64,000 nt of DNA, taken from NCBI GenBank assembly GCA_036560465.1, contig DATBRD010000054.1, forward strand, positions 3,261 to 67,260. Reading direction: 5' to 3'. Made by a program: the position numbers and the translations under genes. The notes beneath the pieces were generated by a model, which was not told the origin of the DNA, made no database searches, and saw nothing but the letters and a program-made list of their open reading frames with translations. This document shows, in pieces, positions 29,098-39,719 of the stretch. Position 1 is the first letter of the stretch; the number at the start of each line of letters is the position of its first letter. Source of the DNA: Methylobacter sp. Its GTDB lineage: Bacteria; Pseudomonadota; Gammaproteobacteria; Methylococcales; Methylomonadaceae.

Positions 29098-30453
29098 ATG
29101 ACACAAAAACTTTATATTCAAACCAATGGTTGCCAAATGAACGAGTACGATTCCGATAAAATGCGGGATGTGCTCAATGCCTCACATGGATTTGAATTAA
29201 TCGATGACCCCAAGCAAGCCGATGTTCTGTTGCTGAATACCTGCTCGATACGCGAAAAAGCTCAGGAAAAAGTATTTTCGGCTTTGGGTAAATGGCGCAA
29301 GATTAAAGACAAACGCCCCGATGTGATCATTGGCGTTGGCGGCTGTGTCGCCAGCCAGGAAGGTGCGGCCATCCAAAAGCGGGCACCGTTTGTAGATATC
29401 GTGTTTGGGCCGCAAACCTTGCATCGCTTGCCACAGCTGCTGGATCAAGCACGCAGTCAGCAAAAACCCGTGGTCGACGTTTCCTTTCCCGAAATAGAAA
29501 AATTCGATGCTCTGCCTGAGCCAAGGGCGGAAGGCCCGAAAGCGTTTGTTTCAGTGATGGAAGGATGCAGTAAATATTGTACGTTCTGCGTAGTGCCCTA
29601 TACTCGCGGAGAAGAAATCAGCCGTCCGCTGGATGACGTAATCGCCGAAATTACCGTTTTGGCTAAACAAGGTGTACGGGAAATCAATCTGCTAGGTCAA
29701 AACGTCAATGCTTATCGCGGCGTAATGGACGATGGCGACATCGCCGATTTTGCCTTATTGCTGCATTATGTTGCGGCAGTGGAAGGCATCGATCGCATTC
29801 GTTTTACCACGTCTCACCCGATGGAATTTACCGATGATCTGATTGAGGCGTTTGCCGAAATTCCGCAACTGGTTGACCATCTGCATTTGCCGGTACAAAG
29901 CGGCAGCGATCACATTTTAAAAATGATGAAGCGCGGACATACGCGTGCCGACTACCTTGAAATTATCCGCAAGTTGCGCGCAGTACGCCCCAATATTTAT
30001 TTGTCGTCGGATTTTATTATCGGTTTTCCCGGTGAAACCGATGCCGAATTTGAAGAAACCATGGCTTTCATCGAAGAAATCGGCTTCGATCTCTCATTCA
30101 GTTTTGTCTATAGCCAGCGTCCTGGCACACCGGCGGCAGATCTGCCGGATGATGTCCCGGCGGAAGTCAAAAAACAGCGGCTGGAGCGTTTTCAAAACCG
30201 CATTAACGAAATGACGTCGGCCATTTCGCAGAGCATGATCGGCACCGTGCAAACTGTTTTGGTTGAAGGACAGTCTAAAAAGAATCCGTTGCAAATGCAG
30301 GGCAGAACGGAGAATAATCGGGTCGTTAATTTTATCGGGCATCCCCGGTTGGCCGGACAGTTTGTTGATGTGCTGATTGCCGAGGCTTTGCCAAATTCTT
30401 TACGAGGGCGGATGGTCGATGCTTCCGTTAATAAAATTGTTGGTAATAGTTGA
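29098..30453 (+). CDS. miaB: tRNA-2-methylthio-N6-dimethylallyladenosine synthase
   Basis: [17 protein letters not shown], radical-SAM CSKYCTFC and a C-terminal TRAM domain. Confidence 0.98.
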   Translation: MTQKLYIQTNGCQMNEYDSDKMRDVLNASHGFELIDDPKQADVLLLNTCSIREKAQEKVFSALGKWRKIKDKRPDVIIGVGGCVASQEGAAIQKRAPFVDIVFGPQTLHRLPQLLDQARSQQKPVVDVSFPEIEKFDALPEPRAEGPKAFVSVMEGCSKYCTFCVVPYTRGEEISRPLDDVIAEITVLAKQGVREINLLGQNVNAYRGVMDDGDIADFALLLHYVAAVEGIDRIRFTTSHPMEFTDDLIEAFAEIPQLVDHLHLPVQSGSDHILKMMKRGHTRADYLEIIRKLRAVRPNIYLSSDFIIGFPGETDAEFEETMAFIEEIGFDLSFSFVYSQRPGTPAADLPDDVPAEVKKQRLERFQNRINEMTSAISQSMIGTVQTVLVEGQSKKNPLQMQGRTENNRVVNFIGHPRLAGQFVDVLIAEALPNSLRGRMVDASVNKIVGNS

Positions 30454-30456
30454 TTT

Positions 30457-31431
30457 ATGATTTCACAGGAAATTTGTCTGGCGCCTGCCGATAGTAATCG
30501 GTTATCTAATTTTTGTGGCCAGTTTAATGCGCATTTGCGGCAGATTGAGTCGCGTCTTCAGGTCGAGATCGCCAATCGCGGTAATCAGTTCAAGATTACC
30601 GGCTTGGATAGTTCAGTCAAGGCGGCCTGCGCAGTCATGCAGAAGTTATTTGAAAGCACCGAAAAAGAACACCTGACTTCTGAACTTGTGCATTTGGCCA
30701 TGCAGGATTCTTCCATTGAAGAGTTATTGGATGATCCGGTAACATCGCCCCAGCAAAATGTAACGATCAAGACCAAATGCGGCATGATCAGAGGGCGGGG
30801 GATTAACCAGCAGGAATATCTGAGGAAAATTGTGACTCATGATATCAATTTCGGTGTGGGACCTGCCGGAACCGGTAAAACCTACTTGGCGGTAGCTTGT
30901 GCCATTGAAGCACTGCAAAGCGAGAAAGTCAGAAAAATCATTCTGGTGCGCCCTGCGGTAGAAGCTGGGGAAAAACTGGGCTTTTTGCCGGGCGATATGG
31001 CTCAAAAAGTGGATCCTTATTTGCGGCCTTTGTATGATGCGCTGTACGACATGCTGGGCTTTGAGCGGGTTGAGAAAATGATCGATAAGGGCATTATAGA
31101 GGTTGCACCGTTAGCTTTTATGCGCGGCAGAACACTGAATGATGCGTTTATTATCCTGGATGAAGCGCAAAATACCACCATTGAGCAGATCAAAATGTTC
31201 CTGACCCGTGTGGGCTTTGGATCGACGGCCGTGGTGACCGGCGATGTTACCCAGATTGATTTGCCTTCGGAAAAAATGTCCGGTTTGCGGCATGTGCTTG
31301 AAGTATTAAAAAGTGTGGAAGGCATCAGTTTTACCTTTTTCAATGCCCGTGATGTGGTCAGGCATCCATTGGTGCAGCGCATTGTCTGTGCCTATGAAGC
31401 CTATGAGAAGACACACAAGGTCGAGCCGTGA
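30457..31431 (+). CDS. PhoH-like ATPase (YbeZ)
   Basis: [24 protein letters not shown] and ILDEAQN motifs; miaB-ybeY context. Confidence 0.95.
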   Translation: MISQEICLAPADSNRLSNFCGQFNAHLRQIESRLQVEIANRGNQFKITGLDSSVKAACAVMQKLFESTEKEHLTSELVHLAMQDSSIEELLDDPVTSPQQNVTIKTKCGMIRGRGINQQEYLRKIVTHDINFGVGPAGTGKTYLAVACAIEALQSEKVRKIILVRPAVEAGEKLGFLPGDMAQKVDPYLRPLYDALYDMLGFERVEKMIDKGIIEVAPLAFMRGRTLNDAFIILDEAQNTTIEQIKMFLTRVGFGSTAVVTGDVTQIDLPSEKMSGLRHVLEVLKSVEGISFTFFNARDVVRHPLVQRIVCAYEAYEKTHKVEP

Positions 31432-31889
31432 ACCAAATAGAAATCCAGGCTGTTTTTGAATCGGCAGGCCAGCCTGATCAGCAGCAAATCCAGCTCTGGG
31501 TGGATGCGGCGTTGGAAGATTATGATCAGGACACCGAGATTGTCGTGCGTATTGTCGACGAGCAGGAAAGCGCCGAGCTCAATGAACAGTATCGCCATAA
31601 ATCAGGTCCGACCAATATTCTCAGTTTTCCGGTTGATTTGCCCGAAGGCATTGAGCTGGATTTACTGGGCGATTTGGTCATCTGCGCGCCGGTCGTGGAA
31701 AAAGAGGCGTTGGAACAAGGCAAAATATTAGAGCATCATTGGGCGCATATCATTGTGCATGGTGTGCTGCATTTGTTAGGTTATGATCACATCGACGATG
31801 ATGAAGCCGAACTGATGGAAAACAAAGAGATAGCAATTCTGAATATGTTGCAGATAAATAATCCCTATACAGAGGTAAAAGATATATGA
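31428..31889 (+). CDS. ybeY: rRNA maturation endoribonuclease YbeY
   Basis: TNILSF and [11 protein letters not shown] motifs; GTG start overlapping the phoH stop. Confidence 0.96.
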   Translation: MNQIEIQAVFESAGQPDQQQIQLWVDAALEDYDQDTEIVVRIVDEQESAELNEQYRHKSGPTNILSFPVDLPEGIELDLLGDLVICAPVVEKEALEQGKILEHHWAHIIVHGVLHLLGYDHIDDDEAELMENKEIAILNMLQINNPYTEVKDI

Positions 31890-32728
31890 GTGATGAACAA
31901 CCCCCAAGTAGAAACTCCCCGCAGAAAAGCTGGGTTGACAAAATCAGCCATCTACTGACCGGGGAGCCGCAAGACCTTGAGGATCTACTTGAGATATTAA
32001 GAGAAGCCCGTGAAAAGCGCTTGCTGGATACGGATGCGTTATCCATGATTGAAGGCGTTTTGCAGGTGTCTCAAATGCGGGTCAGGGATATTATGATTCC
32101 CCGCATTCAAATGGTTGTCGTACCCAAAGATGCCGAATTGGAAACCATCATGCCGCTGGTTACGGAGTTTGGGCACTCGCGCTATCCAGTTATTGACGGC
32201 GACCGGAGCAAGGTAGTTGGCGTATTGTTAGCCAAGGACTTGCTGGCCCGCATCCTGGACAATAAAACTCTGAAAGTTCATGAAATAATGCGGCCTTCTT
32301 GCGTTGTACCGGAAAGCAAACGCTTAAACGTATTGCTTAAAGAGTTGCGGACTAACGGTAACCACATGGCAATTGTTGTCGATGAGTACGGTCAGTCGGC
32401 AGGCTTGGTCACCATCGAAGATGTGTTAGAGCAGATTGTTGGTGAGATTGAAGACGAGCATGACGATCATGAAGACGAAGGCTATATTTTTCAGCGCAGT
32501 TCAAACGAGTACACGGTCAAAGCGTTGACGCCTATTGATGAGTTTGATGAATACTTTTCCACGCATCTGGCAACGGATGAATATGATACCATCGGCGGCT
32601 TTGTTGTTAGCCAGCTTGAACATATGCCCAAAAAGGGCGAGAGCCTTGTCGTGGATACCATGAAATTTGAAGTCATCAGAGCGGATAGTCGACGCGTACA
32701 CCTGCTGAAGCTGAAAATACTTGAATAG
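31886..32728 (+). CDS. corC: Mg/Co efflux-associated CBS protein CorC
   Basis: [21 protein letters not shown] and [21 protein letters not shown] motifs. Confidence 0.93.
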   Translation: MSDEQPPSRNSPQKSWVDKISHLLTGEPQDLEDLLEILREAREKRLLDTDALSMIEGVLQVSQMRVRDIMIPRIQMVVVPKDAELETIMPLVTEFGHSRYPVIDGDRSKVVGVLLAKDLLARILDNKTLKVHEIMRPSCVVPESKRLNVLLKELRTNGNHMAIVVDEYGQSAGLVTIEDVLEQIVGEIEDEHDDHEDEGYIFQRSSNEYTVKALTPIDEFDEYFSTHLATDEYDTIGGFVVSQLEHMPKKGESLVVDTMKFEVIRADSRRVHLLKLKILE

Positions 32729-32788
32729 CAAAGCAGTGGTTTATACGCATCAACTTAAGCAGAAAGTTTGCTTGATTAATTAATGACC

Positions 32789-32872
32789 AAGACACGAAGT
32801 TTTTGTCTGGGGCTTTTTCTCGGCAACCATATTCTGGCGTGTCAAAATAGTTGTCCGCGAACTTCGTGTCTT
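32789..32872. repeat. Intergenic inverted repeat (13-bp arms) related to the CACGAAG hairpin at 6309-6495
   Basis: AAGACACGAAGTT (32789-32801) / AACTTCGTGTCTT (32860-32872), between convergent genes. Confidence 0.6.
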
Positions 32873-32895
32873 CAGCAAAGTGCAGCATAACAAGC

Positions 32896-33279
32896 TTAAT
32901 CATATTTGATATATTTGAACCTCGGGTCATCGGGTGTCCCTTCCAATGATCCGCCCTCTTTGCCGGGCTGCCACATCACCACTTCTTCGATTTTACGGGC
33001 CAATTCAAAATCTTTGTTGGTAATCCCCTTGGCCGCGTGATTCATTAGTTTAACGATCACGAAGGCATAAGAGACGGTAAGGTCCGGATGATGGAATGCC
33101 GCTTCAGCCAAGTGTCCTACCGTATTAACAACCATCAGTGTCGCTTTCCAGCCGCTGGTTTTGTATTTACGCCGGATCCAGCCGCCTTCAAGGTACCAGT
33201 GCGGCAATTCCTCCTTTAGACGCTGCTCGATATCGGCATCGGAATAAATGTCGTCATGTGTGCGTTCTCTCCAACCCAT
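32896..33279 (-). CDS. Pterin-4a-carbinolamine dehydratase family protein (long form)
   Basis: AEAAFHHPDL, KLMNHAAKGITNKDFELARKIE motifs. Confidence 0.88.
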   Translation of the reverse strand: MGWRERTHDDIYSDADIEQRLKEELPHWYLEGGWIRRKYKTSGWKATLMVVNTVGHLAEAAFHHPDLTVSYAFVIVKLMNHAAKGITNKDFELARKIEEVVMWQPGKEGGSLEGTPDDPRFKYIKYD

Positions 33280-33332
33280 AATGCTTCACCTCTCGTTAGC
33301 TTGATTATGAAAGCCCGGATAATCTTGCAGCG

Positions 33333-33929
33333 CTAGTTTTCCGGCTCCTGGTGCGTGGCCTCGCAGCCCTGCTGATAAAAGATTAATGACGGAGCAAATG
33401 GAACAATATCAATTGTCAAAGTTGTTTCGTTTTGGAAAAGTTTAACGGGCTCAGCTACGCTACTGCGAAAATTTTTGGAAAGTTGTTTAGACAATTTCTC
33501 TTGTGCTTCATCTGCGCCCAAGGCAAAGGGATCTTCTGCGAGGTTGGTGGCATTGATAGCTTCCTGCAAAGCTTGTGTTGCAAGGGTTTGAATTTTGCTT
33601 TCGAATTCGCTGAAAATTTGCGTCCCTTTTTCACTTTTAATCCGATCTATATCGGCTGGATTGGCATAGACAAGAAATGCGCCTTTAACGCCTTGAAAAT
33701 CATTTTTACAGGCTCCGCCATCCATGATTTTGACCAGGTTTAATGTTTTGTCGCCGCTAGTCCTGGTCATCGGTGGGTTTGGGCCTGAGCTTTGCGATGA
33801 GTCCTCGGTGATTGCGGGCGCTTTATTAGGGGCCGACACGGCTTTTTCGTCATGTTTGACCTCTTGAGTTGAACATGCGGCCAGTGCAATAAATGTCATA
33901 CCGATTAAAATTTGTATGCTTGATTTCAT
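33333..33929 (-). CDS. Hypothetical lipoprotein
   Basis: Lipobox ALAA|C and a low-complexity linker; 198 aa. Confidence 0.75.
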   Translation of the reverse strand: MKSSIQILIGMTFIALAACSTQEVKHDEKAVSAPNKAPAITEDSSQSSGPNPPMTRTSGDKTLNLVKIMDGGACKNDFQGVKGAFLVYANPADIDRIKSEKGTQIFSEFESKIQTLATQALQEAINATNLAEDPFALGADEAQEKLSKQLSKNFRSSVAEPVKLFQNETTLTIDIVPFAPSLIFYQQGCEATHQEPEN

Positions 33930-34202
33930 AAATTACTCTGCGTCGTTAAATGAGATTTGTGGTCTTTTAGACATTTTAATCTTTAAAAAGTCCTGAGGTA
34001 AAAAATATGTTCAACAAGCTTCGTAAATATATAAAACAGAAGCCCTTACTGCATGGCTATCTAACTGTTTGATCTTTTTAAAAATGAATATCAGGGAGCT
34101 GGACATCATGGAGTTTTATAACAGTCGAATAAAATTTCGCTTTACAAGCTTGTCATAAGTAATTAAAAAGTGCATTTTTTGAGGCTAGATTAAATTACGA
34201 CT

Positions 34203-34451
34203 ATGAAAGTATCTAAATCCGTTCCAGATAAATCCGCGCCTGAAGCTGGTGCCGACAAAAGCAAAGATGATGTTGATCTTGATGTTGAAGGCTTCGATTT
34301 GGGTTTGAGCAGTGAATATGTAACGCTTCCTAACGAAAGTGAGCGAGCAGCGAAAAAAATGGCTGCGCGTAGAAAAATTGAACTGTACTGGGAGAAAAAA
34401 CGCCTGCAGGAACAGCTAGGCGATTTTGATGAGGAGGATCTTGATTTTTAA
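34203..34451 (+). CDS. Small acidic protein, PA3496/DUF3545-like
   Basis: C-terminal RRKIELYWEKKRLQEQLGDFD resembles the RRxIE...LxxxL motif of this family (recognised from memory). Confidence 0.6.
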   Translation: MKVSKSVPDKSAPEAGADKSKDDVDLDVEGFDLGLSSEYVTLPNESERAAKKMAARRKIELYWEKKRLQEQLGDFDEEDLDF

Positions 34452-34656
34452 TGTGGCAGTATTAACGGGACAAAACGCCGTTTATCCATAGCTTGGTAAT
34501 AATAGGTTTTTTGTTCAGTAACAGACTGTTGGGCATGGTTTGTGGTTGATATCCTGCTGCATAATCATGCTCAACCGATTTTTCAATCCGGTTTTGCACG
34601 TTTTTCGGTTAATATTGTCGCCCGTTGGTGAGTTTCTTTATTTTAATCCGGATTTC

Positions 34657-36597
34657 ATGACCATTTTTACACCTGTTGCAGCAGTCAATTGCTTAAATAA
34701 AGCGTTTTTGTTGTTTTTTCTTATCGGTTTTTTCGGTACTGCATCTGCACAAGAACACCACTTTCTGGTTCTCAATTATCATGACATCGTCGGTGCGGAA
34801 GGTGCTAAGCCGCCTTTTAATGCCATGGATGTCAGTGTCGACCATCTTGAAGAGCATCTGGACTGGTTGAAAAACAAAGGCTACAAGATTGTCAGCGTAC
34901 AAAACATCCTCGATGCCGCTACAGGCAAGGATGCGTTGCCCGATAAAGCGGCATTGTTGACCTTTGATGATGGCTACCAGAGCTTTTATACCCGCGTCTT
35001 TCCACTATTAAAAAAATATCATTATCCGGCTACGGTTGCCTTGGTAGGAATCTGGATGGACGGCAACGTGACTGCGGATGAACCGGGCAAACCATTGCTC
35101 AGCTGGGAGCAGGTCAGGGAAATGGTGCAGTCCGGTTTGGTAGAGGTCGCCTCGCACAGTTATGACTTGCATAAAGGCGCGAATGCCAATCCTCAAGCCA
35201 ACTCACAGGCGGCGGCGGTTACCCGGCTTTATGATGACCCAATGCTGGTTTATGAAACCGATGAGCAGTATCGCGAACGCATTAATGCAGCGTTGCTGAA
35301 AAGCGCGGAGTTCATTTTTCAACACGCCGGAGTCAGACCCAGAGCTATGGTTTGGCCGTATGGGGAATATAATCAAATCACCGTGCAGGCTTCTCGTGAA
35401 GCCGGAATGCCAATGACGATGGGACTGGTGGACGGCTTTAATACCGTGGCGGACATCAGCGCTTTGCGCCGTTTGATTATGGTCGATAATCCCGACGCCA
35501 ATCAATTTGCAGAAATTGTTACCGGGCTGCGCGCTGATCGGCCTTTACGGGTAGCACATCTGGATATGGATTATCTTTACGATAAAGATCCCGACCAAAC
35601 CGAGCACAATTTGGATGCCGCTATTCAGCGCATCAAAGACATGCACATCAATACGGTTTATTTACAAGCCTATACCGATCCTGACGGCGACGGCAATGCC
35701 GATGCGTTATATTTTCCCAACCGACATTTGCCGGTAAAACAGGACTTGTTTAGTCGAGTCGCCTGGCAATTAAAGACAGTTGCCAGAGTCAAGGTTTATG
35801 CCTGGATGCCGATTATGGCCTATCAGGGCAAAGCGCCGGAATCTTGGTATGTTCAGGAATGGCGGGACGGCAAAGCTCAAAAAGCCAGTCACATTTATAA
35901 TCGGCTGTCGCCGTTTAATCCCGAAGCGCGCCAATATGTGGCTGAAATCTACGAGGATTTGGCCAAGCATTGTAATTTCGACGGTATCTTGTTTCATGAT
36001 GATGGCATTTTGTCGGACTACGAAGATGTATCGCCGCTAGCGTTGGCTTATGCGAAAGAGGCGTGGGGCCTGCCCGATCAATTCGAACAATTGCATGCAA
36101 CCAGCAAAATGCGTATGGTTTGGGCGCAACATAAAACCGAATTGATTAATCAATTTACCGATGAACTGGCTAACCGAGTGCGCATTTATCGCCCCGGCAT
36201 AAAGACTGCGCGTAATTTTTATGCGCTGCCTTTGTTAAAGCCTTATAGCGAAGAATGGTATGCTCAGTCTTATAAGTCTTTCTTAGCGCACTATGACTAT
36301 GTTGCCATCGAAGCTATGCCGTTTATGGAAGAGGCTGACAACCCCAAGCAGTGGCTCACGCAATTGGTAAAAGCAGCGGCTAAACAGCCGGATGGTCTTA
36401 AAAAGACTGTGTTCGAACTGCAATCGGTCGACTGGAAAGCCCAACAGAAAGTCCCGATGACGACTTTTGTCGAACAATTGAAACTATTGAAAAAACTAGG
36501 CGTCAAGCACATCGGCTATTATCCGGACAATGTTTTTGAGGATCAGCCGCGCTTGGTGGATTTACAACAGCACTTCTCGCTTCCTATCCAGCCTTAA
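34657..36597 (+). CDS. pgaB: Poly-beta-1,6-GlcNAc N-deacetylase (CE4 + GH153)
   Basis: LNYHD, LTFDDGY, ASHSYDLH and WPYGEY CE4 motifs, and a C-terminal domain with DGILFHDD. Start moved to ATG 34657, which gives a signal peptide ending ASA|Q. Confidence 0.93.
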   Translation: MTIFTPVAAVNCLNKAFLLFFLIGFFGTASAQEHHFLVLNYHDIVGAEGAKPPFNAMDVSVDHLEEHLDWLKNKGYKIVSVQNILDAATGKDALPDKAALLTFDDGYQSFYTRVFPLLKKYHYPATVALVGIWMDGNVTADEPGKPLLSWEQVREMVQSGLVEVASHSYDLHKGANANPQANSQAAAVTRLYDDPMLVYETDEQYRERINAALLKSAEFIFQHAGVRPRAMVWPYGEYNQITVQASREAGMPMTMGLVDGFNTVADISALRRLIMVDNPDANQFAEIVTGLRADRPLRVAHLDMDYLYDKDPDQTEHNLDAAIQRIKDMHINTVYLQAYTDPDGDGNADALYFPNRHLPVKQDLFSRVAWQLKTVARVKVYAWMPIMAYQGKAPESWYVQEWRDGKAQKASHIYNRLSPFNPEARQYVAEIYEDLAKHCNFDGILFHDDGILSDYEDVSPLALAYAKEAWGLPDQFEQLHATSKMRMVWAQHKTELINQFTDELANRVRIYRPGIKTARNFYALPLLKPYSEEWYAQSYKSFLAHYDYVAIEAMPFMEEADNPKQWLTQLVKAAAKQPDGLKKTVFELQSVDWKAQQKVPMTTFVEQLKLLKKLGVKHIGYYPDNVFEDQPRLVDLQQHFSLPIQP

Positions 36598-36658
36598 TCA
36601 TGCATTTTGTTTTAATTAACCCGAATAGGATGGGCAATTTCGTTTGCTCTGAGAAACC

Positions 36659-37987
36659 ATGAGTACTTCATTGCAGAATCTGACCGCACTACTACAGACC
36701 CAATGGCATGATTTAGTTTCTTTGTGGGAACCTTTGGATGACATGATCGAAGGATTCGTTTATTACTATCCATTGTTTATGGCCTACATTTGGATGTTTG
36801 GCGCGCTTATTTTTTATTTTCGTCATGAATGGCATCAGCAGGGTAATGATGAGCACTTGCCGGAATTAACGGAATATCCTCCTGTTTCCATCTTGATACC
36901 CTGCTATAACGAAGGGGAGAATGTCCGTGAAACCGTGGAAATTCTGCTGCGCCAGAAATATCCCGCGTTTGAAATTATTGCCGTTAATGACGGCAGCAAG
37001 GACAACACCCTAGCGATATTGCAGGAGCTGGCCGAACAACACGAGCAGCTGCGCGTGGTCAACTTGCACACCAACCAGGGTAAGGCGATGGGCTTGCGCA
37101 CCGCCGCATTGCTGGCGAACAGCGAAATCCTGATTTGCATCGACGGCGATGCGCTGCTCGCTCCCGAAGCTATCGCCTGGATGGTGCGGCATTTTCAGGA
37201 TAATCCCAACGTCGGCGCAGTTACCGGCAACCCCCGCATCCGCAACCGCTCCACGTTATTAGGACGGATTCAGGTCGGCGAATTCTCAGCCATCGTCGGT
37301 ATGATCAAGCGGGCGCAACGGTCTTACGGGCAGGTGTTTACCGTCTCCGGCGTAATTGCCGCATTCCGTAAATCCGCATTGCACAATGTCGGTTACTGGA
37401 GCAACGATATGGTCACCGAGGACATCGACATCAGCTGGAAATTGCAGCTGGCCGGTTGGTCGATCTATTTTGAACCGAACGCCTTGTGTTGGGTGCTGAT
37501 GCCGGAAACCCTGCAAGGCCTATGGAAGCAAAGGATGCGCTGGGCGCAAGGCGGAACCGAAGTGTTGCTGCGCTATTTTCGTTCGCTGTTTCGCTGGTCG
37601 TCGCGCGGCATGTGGCTGTTATACGGCGAATGCCTGATCAGCATCGTCTGGGCGTTTTTGATCCTGTTGCATATGCTCTACGCGCCTGTGGCATTGTTTA
37701 GCGAATCGACCAATGAATCGTTGCACGATCTTAGCCCTAACTGGACCAGTATGTTACTGAGCCTGACTTGCCTTATACAGTTCGGCGTCAGCCTGTTCAT
37801 TGATTCGAAATACGAATACCGAACCGGCGGCGTCGCTCGGTATTATTACTGGATGGTATGGTATCCGATCGTGTATTGGATGATAAATGTCGGCACCACC
37901 ATCGTCGGCTCGATCCGGGCGATAAAAAAGAAGCGCGGACAACGCGCCATCTGGGTCACTGTGGATAGAGGTTTACGCGCAAAATGA
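36659..37987 (+). CDS. pgaC: Poly-beta-1,6-GlcNAc synthase
   Basis: YYYPLFMAYIW, CIDGD, TEDIDISW and QRMRW motifs. Confidence 0.95.
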   Translation: MSTSLQNLTALLQTQWHDLVSLWEPLDDMIEGFVYYYPLFMAYIWMFGALIFYFRHEWHQQGNDEHLPELTEYPPVSILIPCYNEGENVRETVEILLRQKYPAFEIIAVNDGSKDNTLAILQELAEQHEQLRVVNLHTNQGKAMGLRTAALLANSEILICIDGDALLAPEAIAWMVRHFQDNPNVGAVTGNPRIRNRSTLLGRIQVGEFSAIVGMIKRAQRSYGQVFTVSGVIAAFRKSALHNVGYWSNDMVTEDIDISWKLQLAGWSIYFEPNALCWVLMPETLQGLWKQRMRWAQGGTEVLLRYFRSLFRWSSRGMWLLYGECLISIVWAFLILLHMLYAPVALFSESTNESLHDLSPNWTSMLLSLTCLIQFGVSLFIDSKYEYRTGGVARYYYWMVWYPIVYWMINVGTTIVGSIRAIKKKRGQRAIWVTVDRGLRAK

Positions 37988-38448
37988 AGGAATACATTAT
38001 TAATGCGCCGCAGTTGCAAAGCCTGCACAAACGGATGGGCGCTTTATTGGCCTGGGCCGTTTGCTGGGTGATGTGGGTCTATTTGTTGATTCCATTGATT
38101 CCCTTGAGCAGTTGGGTACTCGGCGATAGAAAGATGATCAATGAAATGCGCTGGTTCGGCGGCTACAAAAGCCTGCTGGAACTGATGCAGATTTACGCAG
38201 CGACCTTACTGGTCATGGTCGCGCTCTGGTTATGCTGGATTTTCTGCCGCACTTTGTGGAGTAGATCGACACTTACGGCGGCACATAAAATTGTCAGCGA
38301 CGCCGAGTTGTGCGCGTTTTATCAAGTCAAAGCCGGTGAATTGCGGCAGTGTCGAGATGCAGCGGTGGTTACCGTTTATTTTGATGATCATGGACGTATC
38401 GTTCATCTTGATCCTCATATAAAAGCGAAGCGTGTCCTACGGTCCTAG
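37984..38448 (+). CDS. pgaD: PNAG biosynthesis protein PgaD
   Basis: Two TM segments, ATGA overlap with pgaC and a C-terminal VTVYFDDHG motif. Confidence 0.8.
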   Translation: MKEYIINAPQLQSLHKRMGALLAWAVCWVMWVYLLIPLIPLSSWVLGDRKMINEMRWFGGYKSLLELMQIYAATLLVMVALWLCWIFCRTLWSRSTLTAAHKIVSDAELCAFYQVKAGELRQCRDAAVVTVYFDDHGRIVHLDPHIKAKRVLRS

Positions 38449-38532
38449 TAAATAACAGCTGAGTTGTGGCAACAAGATTTGTATCGATATTTCTGTTGCG
38501 GTAAACATTTAATCAACTAAGAAAGGAAAAAC

Positions 38533-38895
38533 ATGGAGTATAAACTAGACATCATCAATCGCTTTGGTGACGCAAACAATAGTGCTTATGCCATATTTCA
38601 GAAGAACGCAGCCACTGACATGAACGTCCAATCTATTGCGTGGAAAGCGGTTCACAACTCGGGTTATAACCATCCGTTCGTCTTCTACCCCATGAATTTT
38701 GAGGCGGATGTGAAGAATTTCGATGCGGGATTCAAAGCGGTTCACAACCTGGGTAACGGCGACAATTATCCGTTCGTCGTCTATTCCATGGATTTTGACG
38801 TGGACGCGAAGAATTCAGACGGCAACTAAACGCTGCTGATCGATGTGGTGAATGGATATATCCACGAGATCGCTATGGAGTACTCAATACAATAG
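38533..38895 (+). pseudogene. Probable decayed gene with an internal ~90-bp duplication and in-frame TAA
   Basis: Strong AAGGA RBS. 98-aa ORF with two diverged KAVHN...PFV.Y.M.F..D.KN units. The frame continues 21 codons past TAA 38827-38829 to TAG 38893-38895. Confidence 0.55.
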
Positions 38896-39182
38896 GATGG
38901 GTTCCGTAACTCAATATGTCGTTTTGAAAGGCGCATCCTTTGTTTTGTCCTCCTTGGGGTATCAGACTGCGCCTCAGAGTGCTAGGGTATGCGCCTCTCT
39001 TCCACCAAAGTGTTAGGTATTTGTACCAATTATGCTACTGTTGAAATTAGCATACATTTTAAATCACGAACGATAGGCTTCCTTCGTCAGCTTATCCTAT
39101 AGCGCTACATTCTTTTATAATCAGGCTTTCGTCAAATCAAACGCGGTTGTATAGTGTTTACCACGAAACAAGAGGTGCCGAT

Positions 39183-39719
39183 ATGTCGAAAGAATCCTTT
39201 CCCTTGTCCAAGGTCTATGGCCTGCTTGAGCCGGGGCCGGTTGTGCTGGTTTCGACTGCTAGAGAGGGGCGAGCGAACATCATGACTATGTCGTGGCATA
39301 CCATGCTGGAGTTTGAGCCGCCGCTCGTGGGTTGCGTAATCAGCAACAGGAACTACACATTCGATATATTGAAAGCAACCAAGCAATGTGTACTCAACAT
39401 TCCAACGGTGGAGCTGTCGAAACAGGTAGTGGACTGCGGCAACACATCAGGGCGAACGGTTGACAAGTTCAAGGAGTTTGGGCTGACGTCAGCGGTCGCC
39501 TCAAGCATTAATGCGCCGCTTATTGATGAATGCTATGCCAATCTTGAGTGTCGGGTTATCGATGACAAGATGGTTCCCAAGTACAATCTTTTTGTCCTTG
39601 AAGTTATTAAAGCCTGGATTGATCCTCGAAAAGAACATCCGCAGACGATTCATCATCTAGGCGAAGGCGCATTTATGGTCGCCGGCGAAACGATCCATCT
39701 GCCATCCAAGATGAAATAG
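39183..39719 (+). CDS. Flavin reductase-like family protein
   Basis: LLEPGPVVLVS, NIMTMSWH, VLNIPT, CGNTSG and ECYANLECRV motifs. ATG 39183 follows GAGGTG. Confidence 0.9.
   Translation: MSKESFPLSKVYGLLEPGPVVLVSTAREGRANIMTMSWHTMLEFEPPLVGCVISNRNYTFDILKATKQCVLNIPTVELSKQVVDCGNTSGRTVDKFKEFGLTSAVASSINAPLIDECYANLECRVIDDKMVPKYNLFVLEVIKAWIDPRKEHPQTIHHLGEGAFMVAGETIHLPSKMK

Noticed and set aside
34540-34656. TTG-initiated N-terminal extension of pgaB
   Set aside because: It displaces the signal peptide; ATG 34657 gives a normal Sec signal.
38827-38829. Recoded stop (Sec/Pyl) in the decayed gene
   Set aside because: The codon is TAA, which is not recoded, and the downstream frame ends after 21 codons.
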